Below, one piece after another: positions 11,554 to 24,205 of a DNA stretch of 64,000 nt. Source of the stretch: Callorhinchus milii (Eukaryota); contig NW_024704752.1 in the NCBI RefSeq assembly GCF_018977255.1, positions 15,934,001-15,998,000 on the forward strand, read 5' to 3'. Below the pieces are notes generated by a model. That model worked only from the letters and a program-made list of their open reading frames with translations. It did no database searches and had not been told where the DNA came from. Within the stretch, counting starts at the first letter, position 1; every line of letters begins with the position of its first letter. Made by a program: the position numbers and the translations under genes.

Positions 11554-13264
11554 TCAGTGTATGTTTGGAGAAAGCCACTTGCATTACCTTTGCATGTTAT
11601 ACACAAGTATTCTGCATCCCGTGAAGCAGAGAGGGTGAAAAATGCAACATTTCATAAGATTTGATCAAATATTTGTTAATGCACAGTGGCACCACAGTAA
11701 TTGGCGGGATTGAGAAATGGGTTGAGAGAGTCAAATCACCATTTCTGGTTAATTTTTTTTTATCACAGCTATTTCCTTAGGAACAGTGGCAGAATATTTG
11801 GCCTATTTTAATGTTTGACCAAATGCTTTGTTCGAAATATACTTTCGGGTTCTGCAACCTCCTTTACAAAATTAAAATAAAGATTATTTTGTACCACTTA
11901 CAAAGAAATATAGAAAAAGTAGGCAGTGGAGGTTAGCCTGCACTGTTCACTAGTTATACTGATTTTTGCAATGCTGGAATATAATGGAAGGTACAAAATG
12001 GTGCAAGATAATCCCTAATTTTTAATAAATAGTTACATCATTAATGCTCAACAATGTGAAACGCTGCACAATGTTAGGCAAAACATGACAATAATTGGAA
12101 AAAACTGCAAGCCAAATTTCTTTTTCCTCTGCAGCAGAGGAAGAAGTACTACCGAAGAAAAGATTGCAGTAATTAAATGAAGAGAGCAATGAGTAATGCA
12201 ATGAATGGAATGACCTCACTATTGAGGGTTTGGATGCCTGTTGAAGATGCAGGACACCTCTTCCACAGGAGATGGATCATTCTGGGACCACAGTACATGG
12301 TGAACCATCTGGGATCCCTGTACACTTGGATTGACTTTGAAGGAAAGTCACTCAACACCTTAAAGTTCATATGCTTTTGATAACTTCCTTAAGTGGAGCT
12401 TCCAGAATTCAGTTGCACACAATAATGTAACATCCAAGAACATTTCAAAGTTTTGGAAAAGGAAGTACTCGAAGCTATTTTTTTGTCAAAAGATTGCTTG
12501 CACATGCTTTACATTAGCTCAACACATAAAATGTCACTTCAAAGAGCTCTTTGTGCCTAAAGCACTGATAGAATCAAACGGGTACAATGGACAATATCTT
12601 TCAGCTTTGTTGCAGGCTTTAACCCTGTTCTTCATGTCTCAAGGGAAGGGACAATCTGGCATGCGTACACAAAAGAATCTCCACATAACACTTTCCAGTT
12701 TTAGAAAGAACACTGTAACTTTAAGAACACTAGATTACATTCTTGCGACACAGTAAAGTAAAATAAACCAGCTAATTGTTAAACTGTCCTGAAATTCAGA
12801 AGAAGGAAAGAATGAGTTCAGACAATATACAGACATGCCTCCCACATACCATGAGCCGAACAGAAAACCCAGTCTGGTGTTTTTAGCAGGGAAATCTGTT
12901 TATTTTAACACAGTGAAATCTATCAGTCAGGCCACATGGCTGGGAGTGAAAATATAATCACTGGAGAGATTCTGTTACTTCAAGACATTATGCTAAATCT
13001 GGTTGGCTGAAATATTACTGCTTTAGTGAGACTTTTAATATAAAAATCCTAGTTTTAAATGAGCGCTCTAAAATCATTCCTACCTGCTTATATATCGCTT
13101 GTGAAAAAAAACATTGAATATCTTTTAAAATTATATTTTTAATTTATTTTTCTTGGCACCTGAATTGACTCTGTTGGGAAAGCTGCTTCACAGTGTTCGT
13201 TTGAGTCAAAGCGACCAGAAACATGCTGTTTGATCCTTGGAAAATGCTGTGTTAGTCTCACACC

Positions 13265-13455
13265 CAGGGTGGCTTTAACTGCTAAATCTGCAGTCGGTGC
13301 CCCAGAGGTATGGAGTAAAAGTCAGGCTCGCTAATCCAATGACCCATGTTGAGTGAATATGGGGTTCAGGTTCACTTGTGAATGGCCAATTGAGCAAAAT
13401 ACTGGGGTACCCTACTACATTCAGCACCTTCAAGAGAAGAGTGGGAGAAAAATGC
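13265..13455 (+). mobile_element. Degenerate, internally deleted LF-SINE-like copy
   Basis: atccaatgaccc...gaatggccaattgagcaaaatactgg...cagcaccttcaagagaagagtgggagaaaa matches LF-SINE middle and 3' end. Confidence 0.45.
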
Positions 13456-13544
13456 AAAGAAAAAAATATTATTTGAAAGTTTTATACACTGCTGGTTAGT
13501 TTTCTTGTTCGTTTGCCATATCTGCCTTGCCAGAGTTCCCAAGT

Positions 13545-13590
13545 CAACAACAACAACTTGCATTTGTATAGCGACCTTCACGTCGGGGAT
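13545..13590 (-). mobile_element. L2-type 3' tail with (GTT)n
   Basis: caacaacaacaacttgcatttgtatagcgaccttcacgtcgg. Confidence 0.65.
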
Positions 13591-13774
13591 AGCATGAGTT
13601 TGGGGAATGAGAGATATACAGCTTTTACATATGATTTTCTTTTTGCTTTTTGTTTAAAAAAAATTCTGAATGGCCAACGTGTGTTCCCTCCATAACTATT
13701 CCATAATTAAGTTTGTTTAAAGTTCATCCTCCAAATTCTAGAAGTTCATAGCTAATGAGGCGGGGGGCAAGCTT

Positions 13775-14020
13775 GCTTGATGGATCATTTATCAAATATA
13801 CTGGACAGTGTGGAATTGATTTAGACCTGAAAGGTCCCAGCCTCAATTCCCTCTGTGTGCTGAGTTAGCTGATCTCAGTTGGGAGAGGAACAGAGGAAGA
13901 GAAGCAGGAAGGGGGAAGGTCTCTAATATAGCCTCACTGCCCGGGAACCAGGGAGAGGAAAATCAGCAAAGGTTCCTGCTTCTGATTACTCTCCAATGAC
14001 CCTTACTACAAAGTACACCT
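13775..14020 (+). mobile_element. LF-SINE-like copy (5' half)
   Basis: aaggtcccagcctcaattccctctgtgtgctgagttagctgatctcag...gcctcactgcccgggaaccagggagaggaaaatcagcaaaggttcctgcttctgat is very close to the recalled LF-SINE consensus. Confidence 0.75.
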
Positions 14021-14689
14021 GTCTGTTTCCAGAGTTGCTGTTCCAATCAGCTAGTTTGTACATTTTTTTTAAATGGATCAATGTTGCACGAAAAGAACAG
14101 TAAAGAACTTGAGTGCCCTTGAAACGCAGACTACATGGAAGATATTCGCCAAGACGTTAGTGCTTTAAAACTGCCATTGTTTGAAAGCTGACCTGGAAAG
14201 TGGCGTTTATTTTATGTTGGATCCATCAATTGACCACAAATCATGCCATTGAAGAATTACTTTTAACTCGGGACAAAATCCAATGAAATGTTGCTTTGAG
14301 AATAAATGCAGTGGTCGGGTGGATCATTGATTGTCTCGTAGCTTGTTCATCAGGTTTAGGCAATAAACCTTCTTTGTGTCTGATAGAGTTCATGCCTTGG
14401 CTCAGTATTAAAGGTTTGATATATAGTATTTAATTGTGTGGTTAGCCACCACAGCTTTGAAACCTTACACTTGGGTTTGAGTCTTCTGTGGGAATGTCCC
14501 AAGGATTGTGTTCCTAGAGTGCAAGGTGGGGCATGAAAAAGAATTCAGAGGGTGGTGAGTTTTAAATAGTAGGGGGTCTAATTTATGGGATGGGGCAACA
14601 AGCTCCCATGTAACCTCTGCATGTTGTGCTAACCGTATACACGTGCAACTGCATGTGCATACGGGGATTTACAAGTGTACTTAATTTTA

Positions 14690-14866
14690 TCACTCACTTA
14701 AATGGTCACTCACTCCCATGGCTGTTTGTGGCCATTGCTGTGCCCAAATTGGCTGCCAAATTCATCTACAAAATGCACAAAGTCACGTCACTTTGCAGTA
14801 CATCTTGTGAAGCACTTTGAAGCGTCTTGAAGATGTGATACAGCTCTATATCAAATGCAAGGATGA
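14690..14866 (+). mobile_element. DeuSINE 3' half
   Basis: gctgtttgtggccattgctgtgcccaaattggctgcc (Deu core) followed by tail ctatatcaaatgcaagg. Confidence 0.75.
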
Positions 14867-16604
14867 CTCCCTGCGCCCAGTGACTGGTCTGCCCTTCCAG
14901 GGTCCAGCCGATGAGCCAGGCGGGCTGTGCCCTCATCAGCAGTGAGTGCCCTGGAATACTGCCGATCCACCTGGCTCAGGAAACAGACTGCCAAGACCGC
15001 CACAGAGGGCTGGCTCGATTATGGCATTCCATTACTAAGCATGTCATCTTGGAACCAGTTCAGCTGTAAGGAGACCCTGCTTACCAACCCCCCCCCCCAC
15101 CACCACCAACCCCCCCAACCCTGCCAGCTTGGGGAGCATCACAAACTAGTGTTTTCTACCAAGGATTACTGAGCAGTGTTCAGGAGTGGAAAGCAGTGTT
15201 TTTTCTTCTCCTCCCCCAGGGCCACTGATGTTAATGTGGTGCACAGTCAAATCTCGTGTATCAATGGCTTTCTTGTAATGTTTGAACTATGGCAGAAAAA
15301 TCAATTTACCCAGAATTTTAGCAGACGCGTTGGTACCCGCTTTGATAAATCGACTGATATGCAGTCATATATTAGTCGTTCAACACTTTGCTCAGGTAGG
15401 TTCTTGTGAATGAATTCAGTCAGTATTCAGGAAAACCTACACAGATTGTATTCAAGTGAATTTGAGTTACAACTGATATCATAAAAAAATGGTATAGAAT
15501 GCATTGTAATGACCTACAGTTTTCAGTTCAAAGCTTAAGCAGATATAATTGAAAAGATATTAACAACAGGAATCTGGAGACCATTGGGCTTATAATGTAT
15601 TCAGGCACTGTTCTGTTTTCCAGTTTATAGCTCTGCAAAAGCATAGCTCTACTGCTGATTTATGAGCACAGAGTTACAGTTTCATAAGAACTGGCTTGAA
15701 CATTTCAATAAAATAGTTTAAGCTGAAAAGTGGGCTGCCAATGACTGGTTTATTGTGCCCTATTACATTTCGAATAGCATATTTTTCTAACTCGCTGCAT
15801 TCTCAGCAAACCAAATAGGATCAAATTTATGAAACGTATAGGTACCAGAAATATTCATGTGTTTTTTTTCCCATTTCCTTTAACCCTTTCCAAACATGTC
15901 TCAATCAGTCCAGACTCCAGAATTATTTTGCAAAGATTATTTGCAGAAACACAATATTATTTTTCACCTCCTCTTGTAACCACCCCACTCCGCACTCCAG
16001 CCAATGCTTTCCAGAACCATATCATGCAAGCGGCAGGAACCTGAAATTTGTGATCTGCTGTTGGCTTTGTTAGAATAAAATGAAGTCCTGATCCCCTTGT
16101 GTGCGGTCCAATAACATTACCATTGACAGGCTGGGAGCGTGAGTAGCATTGAAATTACAAAGCGATCGCTTGAAATTCAATTCTTCGAACTTACTATTTT
16201 AATGCTTCAATCCCTAAATTGATTTAAATTGGGATTTTGCTAGACCTACTTATTTTGATGAGCGTGATTGATTTCAACAACAGCACAGTGGTGTCTGAGT
16301 CATCTGGAGATCTATGTAGAGTTGTTTCATGTGCTCAGCCATCACCTCAAACATTACAAGGGTTGAGAGTTATATTAATGTTTTATATGAATTGTCAGTG
16401 CTGATATAATAAGCAGTTGTCAGACAATTTGATTATTAAATTCAACAGATGGTTTTACTGGGCCTAAACAGGAAAGCCTTAACCTTTCTTTCTATTTTTC
16501 CAAGAAACAAAGTGCAACTGAATCTTTATGACTGTCATATTTCTCAGCATTTCTTACTGCTGATAACTTTTAACAGTTGTATTTCATTATTATTTTAAAA
16601 TAAC

Positions 16605-16976
16605 TAATATGCTTTGCATTGATATAACGCCTTGTCTTACCAATGTCTCAAAGATCTTCACAGAGTTTTTCTGTAAAGTGTGTACTTGTAGGTGAATGCA
16701 ACAGCCAAATTGCTCACAGCCATGTCCGTGAAGTGAATGGTCACTTTTAGTCAGGGCACCAAAAGAAACTCCCTTTTTCGAACAGAGCTTTGACATCTTT
16801 AGCCTCCACCTGAATTGGCAGACGGACCCTTAGTTTTTAAGATGGCATATCTTAAGCCATACAGCGCTCCCCCAAGATTACATTGGAGTGTCCGCCTAGT
16901 ATATATAAATCCCGATGTGGGGCCTAAACCCCAAACCTTCTGACTCGAGAGTGGTACCAACTGAACCAGCCTAACG
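16605..16976 (-). mobile_element. SacSINE1-like DeuSINE, near full length, old
   Basis: Minus strand head gttaggctggttcagttggtaccactctcgagtcagaaggtttggggtttaggccccac, Deu domain, L2-like tail. Confidence 0.75.
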
Positions 16977-17865
16977 AGTTTTTTTAGATGGCAGATATGA
17001 ATGGGCCATGAAAGTATCTCAATCTCAGCACTTGAATAAGTACCCAAAGAATTGTGCACACTCAGGGGAACTTGGATCTAGTGTAGTACCCAAAACCTAA
17101 GATTGCATCGACACAAATCCACAGCTCCACTCGATGGCAGTCATATTTCTGTGAGTTTCGAAGCATTGTGCCTTTTCTAAGTCAAAAGTGGATAAAAATA
17201 TCAGACGAAGATTTATAAAGCACGAGACCAGCAGAAATGTAGATGAATATTCCTACAAGTTTGCAAGTTTTTCAGGTTTCCTTTCAGTAAGATTTAATTG
17301 GAGAGTTGGAGTTTCAGAATATTGTGATTTATGTTGTATCATATACAGCTCGGAGTGTTACAGCTCTGTAAAACAGAACATGCTCTTTCTCACTAGTAAT
17401 TGATGCCATTTTAACTCTGAGCAGAAACCTGTACATACTTTGAAACAAAAATGCTTGGAAATGTGTTCTAAGATGAGTGGGGGTCTCGGCTGAGTGTGAA
17501 GACCACTTAAGTTTTATTTTCATGGTTTACGATTACCATTCAGAACCCCGCAGTGTTAATAGTTATTGCTTACCCATAAATACAGTACATAATGCGCTAC
17601 AGTATTTGTTACAATTAAAATACTATGTTTTGAAAACTAAACACAGAAGAGCACAGTGCGTTTGCATGTTTAGTAGTTCTTTATGTTCTCTATCAAAGAA
17701 GCTTAGGTTGCTGTGGAAGGGGAGTTGAGCTCTGTCTCTAAGATAGATTTTGCTCTAAACATATAAATGAGAGTCATAAAAGGAATATGTTTTCTGATGA
17801 TGATTTCTGAATGTTTATCTCAAGATTATGTCAGGCAAGTGGGAAATAATATTAAAAATATAATA

Positions 17866-18250
17866 CTGGTGTTTGATATACAGCACCTTTTCATTTCTTC
17901 GAGATGTCTCAAAGTGCTTCCCAGGATTCACTGTAAAGTGTGGTAATTGGGTATTTTGTAGAAAAATGTGGCAGGCATTTTACACACAGCAATGACCCAC
18001 AAACAGCCATAACATGAATAGTTTGGGGATTGCTGGACAAAACACTGGGGAAAAACTCCCTTCTCTTTTCATTTAATGCCATGGGAACTTTAATGTCCAT
18101 CCGAACAGGTGAAGACAGATCTTTGGTTTGGTTGCTTTGACAACCCAGTTCTTCCCCCAGCACTGGACTGGAGTGCCATATGAGCTCAAAGGAGGCTTGA
18201 ACCTCCTGACTCTGAGGAGAGAGGGCTACCAACCAAGTCTGACTGACAGC
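17866..18250 (-). mobile_element. SacSINE1-like DeuSINE, near full length
   Basis: Head tgtcagtcagacttggttggtagccctctcctcagagtcaggaggttcaagcc; tail shared with the other SINEs. Confidence 0.75.
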
Positions 18251-18754
18251 TAATCTATGTTTTGTAATTTAAAATTTCCGTAGACAAATGGACTTTAACA
18301 TCAAGTACTTTACTGCATATTTTATTTGACAGAAGTCGGTAAGCAATACGTGCTTAACAGTGTGTGTGTCATGTTGTATGATTTGAATAGTAACTGCAAA
18401 GGTTAATAATCCTTCTGGAGATTTTCCTTCCATTTCTTGAAATAATTATTCTTAATGCACATGAATCCTATTTGCAATTTTCCCTCACATAGATAATGAT
18501 ATGATTAATCAGGCCATAATTATTAGCTTATATGTGTAATGGTGATATTAACCTTGTGACTAAGGTCAAAGATTTCTAGCCATCATTGCTCATTGGGTGT
18601 TTGCAATAATTATGAAAGGGAATATTTAAATGGAACTGAAAATGGACAACAGGAATATCTGAAAAGTAACCAAGGTAGTTGATTCCCCAGTTATATAAAA
18701 TAGCAAGTACAGATATGAACCAATACTATCAAATTGGACCACACATAATACAAT

Positions 18755-18860
18755 ACAAAATTCCATCTGTATAGTGCCCTTTACATAAACAGGACATCCC
18801 AAGGCGCTGGACAGTCGGGTATTTGGACCTGAGCTGGGGGTCGAGGAGGGAAGGGTTTAA
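18755..18860 (-). mobile_element. L2 3' end
   Basis: tatagtgccctttacataaacaggacatcccaaggcgctggacagt, similar to 19206-19300 and 24135-24205. Confidence 0.6.
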
Positions 18861-18861
18861 G

Positions 18862-19085
18862 GCTACTAGCCATTTTATGCACATCAACGCCCCACAAACA
18901 GCTATGAAGTAAATGACAAATTTTATTTGGGGGGATTGATGGCGTTTACACAGGGAGAAACTCCCTTCTCATTTGAGTCGTTTGATGGGATCTTTAAGGT
19001 CCACCAAAGCAATGTCGTATTCCCCCAGCACTGCATTGGAATGCCAGCCCAGATTGAGTTCAAAATCCTGAAGTGGGGTAGAACC
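18862..19085 (-). mobile_element. SacSINE1-like DeuSINE fragment
   Basis: gccattttatgcac...gggagaaactccc...atgggatcttt...cccccagcactgcattggaatgccagcccagat...gaagtggggtagaacc. Confidence 0.65.
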
Positions 19086-19087
19086 TA

Positions 19088-19140
19088 CTACAACAACAAC
19101 AGCAAAGTTACATTTATAGAGCGCCTTTCACGTTGGGAGA
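19088..19140 (-). mobile_element. L2 3' tail
   Basis: caacaacaacagcaaagttacatttatagagcgcctttcacgttgg. Confidence 0.65.
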
Positions 19141-19205
19141 TAATAATAATAATATGATACCCTATCATCTTAGACAACAGTAAATGTAAGGATTTGAGAT
19201 CCTAC

Positions 19206-19475
19206 AAAAACAACAACAAGATTCCATTTATAGAGTGCCTTTCACGTCAGGAGGACGTCTCAAGGCACTGTACAGTTGGGTCAGGACCCGAGCAGGGGAA
19301 ATGGTCAGGGTGAGGGGATGGAAGGGAGGGAGCGAGGAGAGGGTAGAGTCGAGAGGGGAGCTGGAGGCACGGTCAAAGAGAAAGGTCTTGAGACCGGCCT
19401 TGAAGGAGGAAAGCGAGGAGGCAAGGCGAAGGCACTGGGGGATAGAGTTCCAGAGCCTAGGGGCTGAGAGGCTGA
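19206..19475 (-). mobile_element. L2 LINE 3' end
   Basis: (caa)n tail, then gaggcacggtcaaagagaaaggtcttgag...agagttccagagcctagggg collinear with 30188-30420. Confidence 0.85.
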
Positions 19476-22400
19476 CAATACCATGTTATTAATTGTTGTT
19501 AATACTTTTTAAAAGATAGTATTGACACACTGAGCTTGCTTTGAGCATTATGATCAAACACATTTTAGGATTAAATTTAAATGACCTAATATGTTTTACA
19601 CCAGATTATCACCAACGCAATCTTTTTACATTTGGAGTACAATACATCCTGTGTCTGAGCTTCAGTATAGCTACATGAAGTAGTATAATGGCCAGCACAC
19701 TGCAGAGCCTAATATGTCAGATTTCACTGCTGTGTAAGAGAAAACGGCCAGCCAGACTACTCCTAATGCAAATCTTTTTATGGGTGTGTGCTGCTATCTT
19801 AAAAGGGTCCTGTCCCTTCAGGGGAGAGAAAGGCTTTCATTCAGAAATATTCTTTATAGCATCAGGGCCTTGCCACCAGAAGGGAGCTCTTCTATCTTTC
19901 ATGATGAACACTGAATGCCAATAAAAGAGTCAAATAACTTCTGTGGTATGAACAGATGCTGTCTGAACTCTGATTTATTTGTCCAGCCACTTCCAAAGCC
20001 CACATATGCACACAACACACGTGTTTGAGCCACCACTAAAACTGTGACAGACTGCTTTTTAAGGATTGGTTGTGTGCGTGTGTGTGGGGGTGGGGAAAGA
20101 GAGGAAGGTCAAAAAAGATGTCTTATGTACGATTAAGAGCTTCAAACAGAAATTTGGCAGTGCATTGAATTGATATAAATGATACCAGGGTTTAATGCAA
20201 AAAATTCTTTAAGACTGAATCAGTTTTTGTCATATTTACTATTGCAATATTTAAGGTCCTATTCCACAGGAATCCAGATCTCATGCTCTCCTATATACCT
20301 GCCAAGAACAGTCTATTGCCTTCAACTATTTGCATGTGGAAATGTGGAAATAGGAAAACGTTTCCATTATCACATAAAATCCGTGACTTTGACAAACAAT
20401 AAACAAGACTTGACAGACCTGTCACCTCTGTTTACTGTTGCCTTGTCTCCTGACGGAATTTAGAAATGAGATGGCACAAATGGCTTTCAAACGACGGTTG
20501 GAGTGAATGTCATGTTGTTTATCCTGTGAATCAGGCAAGGATTTGCAACACGGTAATTTGCAGTTGTAATGGCCTCAGCTGGGAGATTTGCCTTACAGTT
20601 CAAAGTTCAATCTCCAGAGCTTGCACGGGCAAAGTCACCAGCTAGGAATTACCACATGAAACAATAAATATACAGTAGACTGTTTGTCGTTCCCCTCGTA
20701 ACCTCCTTGTAATGGGACCCGATGGTCTTTTTGTTGTTGGAGATGCCAATTGGTGGAAGGAAGCCCACGCTTTGTTTGTTTGTTTGCTTGCTTACTTTTA
20801 TTGTTGGTTCTTGTCGTCTACTGTTGTGACAGGAAATGCTTGACCTCCATCCCAATGGAAAACCAATCAAACTCAAACATGTGGTTGCCTCATCTGGGCT
20901 GGAGCCAACCTGTTGGTTTTAATTGGCAGTGTGATCCCCTACAGCTGTAACAGATTACAGACAAATTCTCTTCAAACAAACCCGGTTTTCCCCCTCCCCC
21001 TACCACCCCGCCAACCACCCCCTCCCTTCCATCCTGCCCAAAGTAATCTTGAAATAGTGAAACTAATAAAAAGCCACTTCAGGTAGGTAATTCCAAATAA
21101 CAGCTGCCAAAAAAAGCCTCAACTTCAAATAAATCAATTTATTTGTTATATATCAATCATCAGTCCAAAAGAATTCCCCAAAGTCCCCTTGATCTCTGCC
21201 ATCCCTTTCAGCGCACTCTGCTATCTCTATTTTTAAAGGAAGACTCGTATCCCAAATGCATTAAGATGCCAAAGAGTAGAAGACAGTAAAGTAGTGTGTA
21301 GTTTGCTTCGTAAATGCAACTTAAACAGATGTCCGGGCTCCTGCAGAAAGCAATGGACTTTCAGGGTTGCACTGAGGCATTCAGATACTGTTATGGGTAT
21401 GTAAAGGTTGATGGTCATGACCTATAGGTCTCTCATGTTTATGAAGTGCTACAATCAAGCAAGAGTCCTGAAGCCACTCATTTAAACCCTAGTAACCTGC
21501 TACCGGCAGCACTTATGCGTTTATTACCAATCTAATGGCTCACATTCCTCACTGATTTGAAAAGAGAAAAAAACATGGGTTTAAAAGTATCGTTTACTGC
21601 TGGTTGTTATTTAGTGCAAGTTCCCCTTCTTGATGTCTTACAAACCTCAACAATCTCATAAACCTCAACGTAAGCTTCATTAGAAACCTGAACAGTTCTA
21701 TCTGTTCCTTTACTGCAATACATACATAAAGAGTATTTGTTTGTTTGTTTGTTCAAGGACTAGATGCTTTCCACAAGTGAATGAATTTTACTCTTCAGAA
21801 GGTAGTCATGGTCTTTCCAGGCTTGAGTATTAGATTTAGGAGAGAAAATCTTGTTTGAAAATCGTTTAGATCTTGCGTTATGATGAGATTACATGTATGG
21901 AACTAACGTGTGACATTACAGTGTAAATCCATGTGTTCAATATGCATTGTATTTGAACTGAAGAAGTGGCCCCTTCCTCATTGTTTTGATATTTCATATG
22001 CCCTCAGCCCTTGATCAGAAGTACCTGGCTGGTAATGATAGATGCCATGAAAACGTTTTGCCGAAATGAAAAGAGGAAAATAGGGTGAATCAATCACTAC
22101 TATTCTGTAATTCACTCTTAGTCTCTATTTCAAGAAGTATCAGCTCAAAAAAGATGATTAAATGAATGGCCTTAAGAAACTTTGAACATAAATTAAAGGA
22201 CTATTTAAAAATAAACCTACACTTTCCAATTATGAACAAGGGGAAAAATATATAAAATTGTACTAAGTATAAATTCGTCACCGCAGTTCCTACTGCTATG
22301 CTAAATACGTATTTTAAAAAAAATTAGGTTTGTGTGTGTATATATTAGGACACAGCACAGTGACAGTGATGGCTTTAAAGCACAAAGGCACTGCAGATCA

Positions 22401-23714
22401 CAGAAATATAATGGTAGCAAATACTGACCTAAGTCTAAGATATAAGATTTTGTGTTCTTGATACCTGTACATTCAGTTTGACTTCACATAAAATCAATCC
22501 ATGACAGGTTTAGCACAAAACATGGTAAACACAGACGTGAAGCCATCTGATCATGCACAAAATGCCATATGTAACAACAGCAGTATATTTTGTAATTGTG
22601 TCAACGTATATGCACAAGGGTTCTGTTATGTGTTTTCAGGTGTTCATCTTGTTTATAACAATTTTGAGCATCTCGATGAGTCTGGCCTCTTAATTGTAGT
22701 TGTGGAACAGGCCTGTTTTAAGTTTCTTAATTAAATTTTTCCAACTTTGCTCCAGAAGAATGTACATGACATAGTTGTGAAAACAGATAGTTGAAGATTC
22801 ATTATAAACATGTGTGTCTATCAGAGGCAATTGGCAGTTAGTATTGGTCACACTGCTGCAGGTTCAGTATCAATCGCACCAACAACAATGATTACCACAC
22901 TGCAGTGAAACACAATTATTATCATAATATTTTATATCTTAACCTGCTTATTATCCCAGAATCCCAGACGCTGCATCGATTTTGGAGTTTGTTTTGATAC
23001 AATTATACCAAAGGATTACCTTAACCCAATTTAAGAAAGATTCCCCTTTGGTATCAAAGAAGGCCATAAATATTTCATTCTTCAGCATTTTACCACTGGC
23101 ACAAGGACCATCATTAATTTTTAGAAAGAGAGTTTTCTGCTTGTATGGCAGCTAAAATATTTTGTATACCAATAAAGGAAATTGATGGTGGGAATAATGG
23201 ACATAACTGCAGCAGCAAAGCCCTAATGGGCTAGTTTGTAAATGAAAGGAGGTAAACGGAGAGAAGAATTATAACCATGAGAACGATCCTTTATAAAAAT
23301 AAATATCTGGGAACATATTCAAGTCTGTGGAGCACACTTAGGTTTCTGGTGACTATAAATCCAGCCTTGCTCTTGAAATTGTTAGTCTAGCTCCTTGAGA
23401 TATCATACAACGTTTTAGTACCCTTTCAGCCATCTGTTATGAAATTGATCCCATTTTCTGCAATGCAGAGTCTGCCTAAATGTGCAATACAACAGAGAAT
23501 GCCTAAAATGCACTGAAGTCTATCAGCATCTGAAATAGAACTATAGCTTAATGTTTGTGTGTGATCCTTAAGTTAACGCTTCCTTTCAATTCAGACACAG
23601 ATCAACATGCTGTGCATTTGAGGTTTTTCTGTTTAATCCGTTAGTTCTGTATTTTACTAGACTTAACCACCTCAGCTGGCTACCACAAAGCTGGACGTAA
23701 TGCATAATAACATC

Positions 23715-23770
23715 AACAACAACTTACATTCATATAGTGCCTTCCACACAGGGTAGCATCCTAGAGTGCT
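23715..23770 (-). mobile_element. L2-type tail
   Basis: caacaacaacttacattcatatagtgccttccacacagggtagcatcctagagtgctt. Confidence 0.6.
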
Positions 23771-23818
23771 TATAATAGGTATATAATAAAGCTTTGTGGA
23801 ATATGACCTATGTATAAT

Positions 23819-23914
23819 TAATAATAATCCTTGCATTTGATATAGCGCCTGATCACATCTTCGAGATGACTCTTCGCGCTTCACAGAATATACTGTAAAG
23901 TGAATTTACTGTAT
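23819..23914 (-). mobile_element. SINE tail
   Basis: taataataatccttgcatttgatatagcgcctgatcacatcttcgagatg...cacagaatatactgtaaagtgaatt. Confidence 0.85.
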
Positions 23915-24134
23915 AGTAAAGTATTAGTGACAGGAACAGTCAAACAAATCCATTAGCGGGTGAAAAACTCTGGATCCTTAGACCAAACCTCAAACTGATC
24001 TCAGTTATTAATGTTTCATTAGTCCTCAAGTTCGGTCCCAAGTAGATTATTGGTGAAGCAAAAAGGACTTGTGTTTGCTGAACACAAGCAACTGCCACTC
24101 TCAAACTCTGATCTTGTCATGCTGTAAGAAGACG

Positions 24135-24205
24135 ACAACAACAAGATTACATTTGTATAGCGCCTTTCACGTCGGAAGGACGTCCCAAGGCGCTGGACAG
24201 AGTAC
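24135..24205 (-). mobile_element. L2 3' tail
   Basis: acaacaacaagattacatttgtatagcgcctttcacgtcggaaggacgtcccaaggcgctggacag. Confidence 0.7.
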
